From the NCBI GenBank assembly GCA_964016885.1, contig OZ024744.1, forward strand, positions 126,666,001-126,730,000: 64,000 bases of DNA. Reading direction: 5' to 3'. Shown piece after piece: positions 49,912 to 61,220 of the stretch. Under the pieces are notes generated by a model. The model worked only from the letters and a program-made list of their open reading frames with translations, did not search any database and had not been told where the DNA came from. Source of the stretch: Eledone cirrhosa. Its lineage: Eukaryota. Position 1 is the first letter of the stretch. Each line of letters opens with the position of its first letter. The position numbers and the translations under genes were made by a program.

Positions 49912-52555
49912 GGGTTAAAGTATCGTAGAAGAGGATGAAGCGGAGAGATACAAAGAATGAAAGCAGAGAGATACAATTAACCTACTGTCTGAACCCGAAT
50001 AACATAATTGATTAATTAAACTTATGAACATACAACTTGAACCTGAATAGCATCATACCTCCACAGCCTTCTACATCACACCCTACTACAGCTCCCCTGC
50101 ATTAGGTATACCAGTGTGCAAGGTATGATGTCACTATCAACCGTCTGTTCGTTTCCCACCAAAACACTGCATGATATCTACTAGGTCAGACCCACCCTGC
50201 TAGCGTTAAAAAAAATGTTAAAAATTTCCCATAGCTGGGGTTGGCCAGAACTAACTGAGTGACATCCAGCCAGGCACCAGGTAATTACCTCCCTTAGCGA
50301 GTTATGTCCCTTTTACCGACGCCATTGTGTTTACTATTTTCGAACAGAATGCAGGAATATGTGAAGTTGTGATAATTTCTCAACGGTAATTATACTTACA
50401 GACCTAACTATTGGAATATCTGATTCCGATGAGCCCCTCTGTGCGAAACACGTGTAAGAGCTATATAAAGAAATGTTTTAACGGCTTGTAACACTTTCAC
50501 TGACTCATTCATTTGCTTATTCCCGCTCTGCTTAAACCATACGCTAAATATTAACCTCCTCTAATATTTAACCCTGCTAACCCAAGTATCGAGCACGCTA
50601 CGCTTCGGCTATTGGCATTTAGTATTCTGTATCGTACCTCTTTGTATCTCTCTGCTTCATCCTCTCCTACGATACTTTAACCTTATTATTATCGTTCTCC
50701 AATCAGTAGATCTCAACACGCTACTTGCCATTATGTAGGAGAAACAACCGTTACCGATGTCTCTCAAGTCAATAGCGTTACCAAGCAGAAAACACTTATC
50801 TCAAACAACGCATCGCCGCGACTAATTCGTTTATACGCAGAGTCAGATGGAAGGCCTACCATATGGACAAGGATACAGATAAACAACCGGCACTTAAAGA
50901 AAGGTATGGATTTAAGGCCTACAGGAACCCACCGCACAACACACTGTTGGACGCCTTTGCCGAAGACCTGCTCAACATGATCAAGAATGTCAAGTTTAAG
51001 AATAGACGCAAGTATACTAATGCTTTCCTGACTTCTCTGGACCCCCTAATCACTAAAATCAAGAACAATAAGCACCTTTTTGTAGCCTCTGATAAAACCA
51101 AGAACCTGTATAAGTTGGATGTAAGTAGATATAGACAATTCATCTCAAATAAGCTCAGCAAAAATTACAAAAAATCACCAAGAAGCACATTAAACGACAT
51201 AAATAGATTAGGTAAGAATATTGTAACTGGCTTAGATATAGATAAATACACAGACTCTTAAGGATCATAAATGTAATTTTAAAAGACCTTCAGTTAGATT
51301 AATATGCCCCTCCACTTCGGATATAGGTAGAATTAGCAAAGTGATCATTGATAGGATAATACTCGTACTAAATAGTAAGGCCAAGGTCCGTCTTTGGAAC
51401 AATACTGACCAGGTCATCAAATGGTTCACAGATATACCTGATAAGGTCTCTTTAAAATGTATTAAGTTCGACATAGATAATTACTACGCCTCTATCTCCC
51501 CTATACTCCTAAATAAGGCCATCATCTTAGCTAGATCTAACACTAGTTTAACTAAAAAAAGAAATAGACATAATGCTTGCAGCGAGACGAACTATCATTC
51601 ACTTCGAAGGCTCTTACTGGACCCGAGCCAACCGTCCTGAAAATTTTGATATCACGATGGGGGTCGAGCGACTCGGCGCAGGTAACCGACCTGGCTGGAA
51701 TATATCCCCTACACAAGCTCAGAGACGAGACCCCTGTACTACAAAGAGGTATATATAGGGACGACGCCTTATTTACTGTAAGGAATCACAGACCCCGTAG
51801 GATAGAAAACCTCAATAAGCATATACATAAGTTCTTTAAAACGTACGGCCTCTCAGTTACAATTTACCACAACCATAAAATAGTTAACTTCCTGGATGTA
51901 ACGTTAGAATAAGATACTGGCTCATACAGACCATACCACAAGCCAGATGAGGTCCTGTCTTACATCAACAAAGCATCTAATCACCCCAAATCTACACTTA
52001 ACTCTATAGTGAGTAGCATCTCACATAGAATCTCGAGGCTGTCGGCCAACAAGGACCACTTTGACCAAACTGCCGACTACTACAACAAAGCGCTGGCTGA
52101 ATGAGGTTATAGCAACAGGATTTCGTATATCTATGACGCAGGCTCTACTAGGCCCCCTTCCCATAGGACCAGTGTAATAGCGTGCCGCACCAATAACCAC
52201 CGTGGCAGTGGGATTGTTAAAGGGAAACATACAGGTCGAACTAGTAATGCGGCTAGCTTTGGCCAGCATCATAACAACAAGGGCGGTAGGCCAGGGAGAG
52301 CCCCACACCCGTACCAATTTCGTTCGGTCAATAGAATTAACAGCAACCTACTAGAAACATTCCCCGCATACAGGCTTAATAATGGTGACGGTATCTCACC
52401 AACACCTACCGGCAAGCATAGGGTAACCCAGTGCGGTCCAGCAGGGGCTAGGTTAGCACATGGAGCTAAGATGCGCAGAGCACACAATAGGCAGCAGCCC
52501 AATAACCTTGGTAGAAACACCACCAGGGCTTATCCGTCCGCACCAACCCATATAT
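49905..52555 (+). mobile_element. Penelope-like element (RT ORF decayed, 3' truncated) with an upstream pseudo-LTR and a short inverted repeat
   Basis: Motifs ASDKT.N.Y, LKDHK...RLICP, FDIDNYYASI, FDITMGS.D.A, GIYRDD, NFLDVTL and SNHP. About 50-bp inverted repeat at 49906-49956 / 50640-50690. Hammerhead-like motif at 50421-50460. Confidence 0.88.
50421..50460 (+). ncRNA. Degenerate minimal hammerhead ribozyme motif of a Penelope-like element
   Basis: CCGATGA-GC...GC-GAAA-CACGTG-TA. The core is one base off CTGATGA and stem III is palindromic, as in Penelope-associated minimal hammerheads. Stem I is weak. Confidence 0.55.
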
Positions 52556-52569
52556 GAATATATAAATAA

Positions 52570-52643
<74 letters not shown>

Positions 52644-52654
52644 ATAGATAGATA

Positions 52655-55600
52655 TATTTCTTTATTAGCCACAAGGGCGCACAAGGAAAGGAGACAAAAC
52701 TAAGACATGTCGGGGATTTTACATACAATCGTCTAAAAATATAAAACAAACAAATATAACAATCGAAATCCCTAATAAGGGGGAGGCGCCACAAATAGGT
52801 TGTTTAATACCCCGTAGATTGAAAAACCCTCAACTTCAGGAGCGTGTTGTGAAAGTGGTCCTTTCTTCCTTTTGCTCTCTTCTTCAACCTACAGGTTTAT
52901 ATGCAGAGAAGGCCCAATCACTCGGGCCAGTTTTGCCATATTCACCTACCTTTCAGTAAAGTTACTGGGGTGCAGTGCTTCTCTCTCCACTCTGATTCTC
53001 CTTCTAAAGTGGTACCTAAAGAAGGGAATGAGTTGTTTTCCGGAGAGAAAGGCATCTGTCCTCAGTCCTCTAAATCTCGTCCACCATATAACCTCTTTCA
53101 CCATAGCCACTATACAGAGGAAAACCTTCTCTCTTTCGTTTTTGAAAGAAATTGGGGGTTTGATCCTTACTATGGACTCGGCAGTCAACTGGATTTGTCC
53201 CATACGCGACTGCAGTTGTTCTGCGTAGTTCCACAGGTCGGTTACGCCCGGGCAGTGTACAATTGCGTGCAAGACAGTTTCAATGTCCTGCCCGCATCTT
53301 GGACACGTCCTCTTTGAAGGATCCCTGCCTGGGCGTCCGTGCCTGTAGATCTTGTCACGAACTAGTAGAGCTCCTCGGTAGCACTGCCAGGCCAGGGACA
53401 TCTGGAAGTTGTCTATAGGTCCCGAGCGGAAAGTCCTACGAAACAGACTGGTGAGTTCGTCGTCTTCGACGCCCAGAGTCTCTCCGAGCACGTCGTCGCC
53501 CTTGTGACGTACTAACCCTATATAGAATGTCGAAGTGGAGTCTCCACTGGTTGCCGTGCCCGCTTGAAAGAGGACTGTAAGCACCTGAGCGCATTCAATG
53601 TGCCAGGCGCCCATCTTCTTCCGTCTCCGTTTGACCCAGGACTGCAGCTCCGTCAGCGAGACAAGTTGCGGGAAGGTCTGTCTCACAAACGGTGCCTACA
53701 CTGGTTGGGGGTCGGTGAGGAATACCTATAGATGTCGTAGCCTCAGCGCATGCTTGCGCATCATCAGCCACGGCCATCCCAGCCCTCCGTTTGAAGGGTG
53801 CTGACAGTAGACGGATCTCCTCACCAGTGGAGTCTGCTTCTTCCAAAGAAACTAGAAGAGCATGCGTTCTATCTTGGTGAGGTCTTCACGGGGACAAGGC
53901 ACTACGATCAAGCGGTAGTAGATGACGGAAGCTATGAAAGTGTTCGCCACCTCCGCTCGACCTTTCAAGGATAGTTTGCACTCTTCCCACTTCTGGGTGA
54001 GCGCAAATACCTTGGCCGTGACCCCGTTCCAGTTTTTCTTCCCCTGGAGGTCCGGACCGAACTATACCCCGAGCAATTTCACCGGTCCGTGCGTCCAGCG
54101 TCCGACGACGCTATCGGACGGCATATGTTTGCCTCTCCACGTTCCGAGTTGCAAACAGACAGACTTGTTCGGGTTCAATTTTGCTCCTCTGAGCCTTTCG
54201 TATTCCTGCAGTAAGTTACCGATCACCCCGATTTGCGAGGTTTCCGACACCATTACTTTCACGTCGTCGGCATAAGCCGACGTTGCTTACCGCAGTCCTA
54301 GTTCCAACGGGATGCCCTACAGCAGCTCCAACTTCCGCAGTAGTGGCTCTAGAGTCTGTACGTACAGAATGGAGGAGAGAGGGCATCCCTGTTGGATGGA
54401 ACGCGTGATTGCGAACGGCTCCGATAGGTAGCCGTTCACCTTGACCATCGAGAAGATGTTGGTGTGCATTGCGGCGATCCAGCCTCTGAAGACAGGTGAA
54501 ACCGACCACCTTGAGAACCGCTTCCAACTATCGATGGTCGTCTCTATCGAACGCCTTAGACTGATCTAAATAGATCAGAGCCCCATCGAATCCGAGTTTA
54601 GACCCCACCCTCTCTATGATGTATCGCATGAGGTGGAGGTTGTCGTGTATGGACCTGGTCGGGATTGCACACGTTTGCGCTTCCCCTACCAGGTTCTCAA
54701 CGACAAGCGTCAGCCTCGTTGCCAACACCTTGGTCAAAATCTTTAACTCTGTGTTGAGCAGAGTTATGGGCCTAAAGTTGCTTAGTTCGTCCCCCTTGTT
54801 CTCGTCTTTCCTGATCAGCGTTACTACGCCCCTGCCTGCAGAATTGGTATTCTCCCGTTCTGCTGCCAGTTGCAGTAGACGGCCTCAAGGAAGCCAGAGA
54901 ACAAGACCCGTATGCCTATATAAAACTCATAGGGTAGACCGTCTAGACCGGGTGATTTGCGTTTCCCACAGCGACCCAGAGCGGCCCGTATCTCAGTGGC
55001 TGTGATCGGTATTTCGCAGAACTCGGCGTCCATGCTCGAGAGACGCGGCAGGCCGTCGAGGTATGAACCGAAGTCTATTGCCCCGTTCGATGCACCACCA
55101 CTCTGCTCGAACAGTTGCGCAAAGTGCCACTGAAAAGCCGCACACATCCGCTTGGGGTCAAGTAGCACGCGTCCGTTTTGGTCTTTCAAAGACAGAATCG
55201 TGGACTTGGTGCCACTTTTCGCCTCTGTCACTCGGGCCCAGCTAACAGCTTTTGCTCCCTCGTTTTCTAGAGCACGTGATTTACTTCTGACCACTCAGCC
55301 TTCATGTTTCGCGTCGAAGAACTGGTCCAGTGCCGTTCTCGTTGCTAGCACTCTAACTACGTTGCCACTCCTAAGCGCTTCCTCTACCTTGACTACTAGT
55401 TCCGTTTCTGTTTTATTTATTTCTAAGGCTAACTCTCTGCTAAAGTCTATCGACTCTACTCTAATTCCTTTCTTGAGGGAGTACCACCATCAATTGTTGA
55501 CGATGGCTCCCGTCAATTGTTGCTTAACTAATCTACTTATCAGTTCACTGTAGGCTTTATGTGTCGGTAGCGACACGTTCAGCTTCCAGTATCCGGGTCC

Positions 55601-55682
55601 TTGTCTATGTATTCTATCACGGTTGACTATGCAGATGACTAGTTTGTGGTCTGAATAGGCAACCATTTGCATTTGTGGACAA
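52655..55682 (-). mobile_element. Second Tx1-type family, 5'-truncated ORF2, inserted in (AT)n
   Basis: Motifs SDHKLV, GPGYWKLN, KSPGLDGLPYEFY, DQSKAFD, YADD and CPRC.QDIETVLHAIVHC, clearly homologous to 37831-41232. The 3' end is CCCTTGTGGCTAATAAAGAAA followed by (AT)n. Confidence 0.92.
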
Positions 55683-55694
55683 ACATTTGCATTT

Positions 55695-57690
55695 GCTTAA
55701 CATCCCCGGAGGATGGTAAGTGAGATGCGCCTATTGTGGTGAATAGGGAGGTAGCCCTAGGGCCAAGAACACCAGAAGTCTCACCTGCCAAAGGCACGAC
55801 CACGAACCTATCGGAGAGCGACCGGTACTTGGAGAGTTTGGCCTCCTCAGCCCGACGTGCAGCAGTACCTGGGTTAGTGACTGGAGAAAGTATCGCTGCA
55901 AGTGGCATCTCAGACGAGGGGTTTGCCACCGCGAAACGGGAAGATAGTCATTCAATCTGGCCTTTTGCCATCCCCTCAGCTCCACCGGTTCGAGCTTGGG
56001 AGGAGTAGCCTGCATCGTCCAAGCCATGCTTTATGAACTCGTTGACGACAGCATGGCGTGGAAGGCGGCCGGCACTGTGGCGACAGGAAAGCGGATGGAG
56101 GCCGAAAGAGTCTACGGTGGATGTACAGCGACATTTATGTGGCTCGCAGATTCGGAGTCCAAGCCTCAAGGAAACGCCGATGCGCAGGCTATCGTTATCC
56201 AGCTGCGTGCCAGTTGAGAAGGAGGACAAGGAAAGGAGCCAGGCACCTCGTGCGAAAACAAGCAAGGCGGTTCTGGTCGAGCTGGCGCGTGAGCCTGTCT
56301 GAGGCCAGATTGCACTGGATGGCATCCCATATGATTTGGGGGGACTTGATGGAGCGCTGCGAAGGGTGTAGAGGAGCTTCGGCATGGCGAAGCAGTTCCT
56401 CAACGGGAAGAGAGCTGGGTGGCTGTCGATCAAGCCCAGTCGACTCGTGAGGGTCTGGAGTTGTTGGAGCCTAGACCTGGTGGTGGATAGGATGGCCGGT
56501 GGGTGAATCGGTGACCCGAGAATGAGGACATCCTCTTTGGGGGGTCACCTGTACCTGGTGGAGAATGGAGAGGGTGGCTGCAAAGCTCTCAGCATCATGG
56601 GTGACATCACCAACTCCGACTTGGACAAGTTGACCTGGAGGCCGATTCGCGCCAGGGAGGAACCACCGATTGAAGGTCATGGCAGACAGTCTCCACGGGC
56701 CCGCCCAGCATAGCATCATCCAGGAACCAAACGTTGAGAGGGGCCGTGATACTCCGAGCAATGTGGTCTATACCAAGGGCAAACAGGAGGGGGCCCAAAG
56801 GGTCGCCCTGTTGGACCCCAGTGGCCGAAGGTATGACCGTATCAGCAGCAAGGAGCATGCTCAGGGTGCTTGAGTCGCAGGGCAGCCAGGACCTCTTTTG
56901 TGGGATGGAGGACAGTGTCCTCTGAGGAAACCACTCTGACTGCAGCCGAGCCATCACCCATGATAAATGTAGCGTTTACGCTCTCACGCAAACGCTTGAC
57001 GCTGGCCTCGGGGGTGGAGGATTGGAGTCACCCAAGAGCAGGGGTTGTGGAGTCCTTTGGCACGTTTGAATGGGCGCTTGCCCAAAGGACGAAACATTGG
57101 CCTTGACAAAGGCTGCTGTCGACAGGCCGCCTCGGTCAGCGCCAGAGCTGAGGAGACCGAGGGTGAGTGGGGCGAAATAGAAGATGCGCTCCCAGTCCCT
57201 GGCTCTATTGGAGTCTAGAGCACTCTCGATCGAGGAAGCGAGGGCATCGGCTACCGGCACTCAAGCCGCTCTCGGATGTTCACCAGCGAGGCTTGGACAT
57301 CAGACAAGCTCGCTGTCTCATCTGGTGGAGTACCAGACGTCCGTGGCTGGGCAGACGAAGGGAAGAGACAGATTCTGCATCTCCACGCTGCGAGGGCACT
57401 GTAAGCTCGACGCGTCAAGCCAACACAGGTGAGGTGGTGGAAGCAGTCGCACCCCGAACAGTTCCGGCCCCTCTTCCGTTTGTTCGTGGTGCTGCAAGTA
57501 CTGCAGATGTCGACTGTTGGGGATGGAGGATGGGGCATGGAGCCGGGGACTGGGACACCAAGCGGCATCAGGGGTGAGTGGCTGCACATGGGTAGAAGGG
57601 AAAGTGTTGGTATGACTGAGACCTCATAGCTCACCTACACCAGATATGGAGGCGAAGGAAGACAAGATGAAAGAGAAGGCGGTGAAATTA
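55695..57690 (-). mobile_element. CRE-type non-LTR retrotransposon with an N-terminal PHD-like finger; decayed, internally deleted, 3' end missing
   Basis: Motifs CSTC...CSGCDCFHHLTCVGL...WRCRIC, GVQQGDPLGPLLF, WFLDD, PKLLYTLRSAP, LRLGLRIC.PHKCRC...GLHPLSC....GRLPRH and AEEAKLSKY...VPLAGETSGVLG. Confidence 0.82.
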
Positions 57691-57726
57691 ATTTGGAAGA
57701 AAACTACATAAGATTTTTTTCTCCAG

Positions 57727-58003
57727 CACCATCACCACCACCACCTCCACCATCACCACCACCACCACCACCACCACCACCAGCAGCACCACCAGCACCA
57801 CCACCACCAGCACCACCACCACCAGCACCAGCACCACCACCACCACCAGCACCACCACCACCAGCACCACCAGCACCACCACAACCATCACCACCACCAC
57901 CATCACCAGCACCACCACCACCACCAGCACCACCACCACCAGCACCACCACCACCAGCACCACCACCACCAGCACCATCACAACCATCACCACCACCACC
58001 ATC

Positions 58004-58034
<31 letters not shown>

Positions 58035-58093
58035 CCACCAGCACCACCACCACCACAACCATCACCACCACAACCATCACCAGCACCACCACC

Positions 58094-58124
<31 letters not shown>

Positions 58125-58500
58125 CCACCACCACCCCCAACACCACCACCTCCAACACCACCACCATTACCACCACCACCATTACCACCACCACCAGCAC
58201 CACCACCTCCAACACCACCACCATTACCACCACCACCACCACCACCATTACCACCACCACCAGCACCACCACCTCCAACACCACCACCATTACCACCACC
58301 ATTACCACCACCACCAGCACCACCACCTCCAACACCACCACCATTACCACCACCACCACCACAACCATCACCAGCAAAACCATCACCAGCACCACCACCA
58401 CCATCACCACCACCACCACAACCATCACCAGCACAACCAGCACCAGCACCACCACCTCCAACACCACCACCATCACCAGCACCACCACCACCACCATCAT
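57727..58500. repeat. Compound (CCA)n microsatellite, open as poly-proline on the + strand
   Basis: CCA triplets interspersed with GCA, TCA, CAA, ACA and TTA, with internally repeated sub-blocks. Confidence 0.9.
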
Positions 58501-58585
58501 TCGAATCCAGGACGTTAAATTATTTGAATGTATTTTCACGGATTTCTCGATTTGCTATTATGACGTCATTTGCTATTATGACGTC

Positions 58586-58678
<93 letters not shown>

Positions 58679-58698
58679 GAGCCAAATATATATATATA

Positions 58699-58733
<35 letters not shown>

Positions 58734-59163
58734 CTATCTGTATGTATGGGTGTGTTTATGCATGTATACATGTATGTGCATGTATATATATATATATAAA
58801 TGTGAGTGTGTGTATATATATATGTGTGTATGTATGTATGTGTGTATGTATATATGTGTGTATGTATGTATTTGTGTATGTATATATATATATGTATGTA
58901 TACCTATAGATTCATACTATATCAATATTTTCCGCCATTAGTGAAATATTTTCTCGAAAGTGTACAAGTGTATTTTGTATTTTATACAAATTATTCTTCT
59001 GTATAACAATCCAGAAATTTATTACTGCTGATAATTGATCTACATTGTCTGATTGTTTGTTTGATTGATTGAGTGTTTGATAACTGATCTCATTTGTTTT
59101 TGTGTTTATCTGTTTGTTTGTTTTGTTTTTATCTTTTTGTTTCTTTATTAATTTTTTTTGATA

Positions 59164-59389
59164 ATGTCGGAGCCAAAAAAGCGCCGCGGCTTTCTCCGAA
59201 GATGTGCTGAAAGGGCCCGACGGCTTGCTGAGTCCGTCTGCCCGTGCTATCGTGACAAACGTCGCCGACGACGACAAAAGAAGCAGGAACAATATAATAT
59301 AACACCTATCGATCCTGCACCTCAGACTGTGGAGTTTCCAACAGCCACAGCGAATGTTAATGAATCGCACACAATCGATATGCAGCCTG
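59164..59389 (+). CDS. Candidate first coding exon of an unidentified gene (basic, Arg-rich N-terminus)
   Basis: GC-richer island in AT-rich DNA. ATG at 59164 gives MSEPKKRRGFLRRCAERARRLAESVCPCYRDKRRRRRQKKQ...DMQP, ending at a consensus G|GTAAGT donor (phase 1). Confidence 0.6.
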
Positions 59390-59399
59390 GTAAGTTATA

Positions 59400-59607
59400 A
59401 TTCTTTCTACACAAAGCCAGCAATTTGAAGGGAAAGTCGATTAAATCTACCCTAGTGTATTACTAGTAGTTTATGTTATTGACCCCGTACATGTTACTGG
59501 CAAAGCTAATCTCGGTAAGTTTTGAACTCAGAACGTAAAATGCTGTAACTATATGCCACAAAGCATGCTGTCCGACACTCTACCAATACTGCCAATCCAC
59601 CGCCCTT
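59400..59607 (-). mobile_element. Diverged SINE family B copy
   Basis: TTTGAACTCAGAACGTAA...CCGACACTCTACCAATACTGCCAATCCACCGCC is the reverse complement of the family B head. Confidence 0.8.
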
Positions 59608-60444
59608 AAAGTACGTTATAATAAACCCAGTTTGTTAAATTGTAAATAACACACTAGGATATAATTTTATTTCTCCAAAATATAAGTACACAACTTCTAA
59701 ACAACTTGTCTGTTTTACGCCGCCCCACAGAACAGAAGACTAGCAATATTAGCTGTATAAGCCAATGTATCTCTCCGGACTTATTTCTCAGGCATGATAC
59801 CCTTCCTCTCAACGGAGGGAAATGCTAGTCGCAGAAGCGCGAAGAGATTGTAAAAAAAAATCTTGTTAATTTATCCATTTTCTGTTCCTCTTCTGCCTTG
59901 TGAGTGGCTGTATTTTGATCATTGGCTGAAGTGACAATTTTAGCGCTGGAGTATGTCACAAAACATGGAATCATTTTCCCTCGTTGAACGATAAAAGGAG
60001 TTACACCTCCGCGACACTAAGTATCACCGTGGTTAAGACCAACCAGTTCCAGTTATGCCTAAAAAACAGCAAAATTGTCACTCTTTAAATAACATCATTC
60101 AATGTGATGTGGTGAGGGAAACGTCCCACATAGTGAAAAAAGAAGGGGATGAAGTTTGAACTCAAGGACAGTAACTCTATATCAGTGCTTATGTGGCTCA
60201 CACTTGAATAAATAATATAATCTCCCCTTTACTTTTTCTCCCTCTTTCAACACACATATATATATATACGATATTTTTTGTCGGATCGCCAGTAAGAAGA
60301 GCAGATCGATAATGGAGTCGGATCCATAACTTCTATGGGTTACCCTGAGCCAATCCGCTACGAAACGCGCGTAGCAGGTTGATACACAATACAAAAACTA
60401 AATACATGCCACGAATCTTCATCGTTTTTATTAATATATATATA

Positions 60445-61030
60445 TATGGAACTTGTCCCATGTATAGGAGCAATTTTGGAACAGAATAGAAAGGATTAGG
60501 AATAAGTAATGTTCGTCAATACAATCCCTAGAGGCGAACTGGCTTACAGATTTAGAAGGGCCCTAGATAAGCTCAAATCAAATATTAAGGTAGTTGAAAG
60601 ACCAGGTATTCCATAAAAACCCTAATTAGCAAAACACACCCATTTCAAAGAACCCCCTGTGCTGATAGGAAATGCAAAGTCTGCAAGCTAAGCCCGCAAA
60701 CCAACTGCAACAATTAGGAACGTAGTATATAGCATAAGATGTACTGACGGACAGTGTAGGAATAAGAATATAACATACATAGGTGAAACACTCCGTAGCA
60801 TAGGAGCAAGTGAATACTGGCGAGAACTCCAGGATGGGAAAAACTCATCAGTACTCCACCAACATGCCAAAATAGAACATTGGGGCACATTAGAGAACAT
60901 AGAGATTAAAAATGATATGCACGCACAGAAAAGATGCAATGCTCAGGCAAATCACAGGGGCGACGAATATAAACGAACTCCACCCAAAATTAAACAGAAA
61001 ACATGAGTGGAATAGCAACATCACAACTAG
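60445..61030 (+). mobile_element. Penelope-like element 3' fragment (GIY-YIG endonuclease region), decayed
   Basis: Translations IKVVERPG, C...CKVC, RNVVYSIRC..GQC....TYIGETLRS and SVLHQHA..EH in shifted frames. Confidence 0.75.
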
Positions 61031-61166
61031 TAATTAAGGACAAAATGAAGACATAAAGACACACACAAAAAACAAACTAACAAAACAAACACACACAGAT
61101 AGAACAAACAACCAACTAGTGACAAATAAATAAACATAAATAATAAATAAACACACACACACACAA

Positions 61167-61220
<54 letters not shown>

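Noticed and set aside
35807-57634. Many overlapping antisense and alternate-frame ORFs across the retrotransposons
   Set aside because: They are shadow frames of GC-rich TE coding sequence with no independent motifs.
58520-59006. ORFs rich in Y/I/C/V here and at 31975-32225, 52453-52794 and 61027-61405
   Set aside because: They are translations of (TA)n, (TG)n and (CA)n microsatellites.
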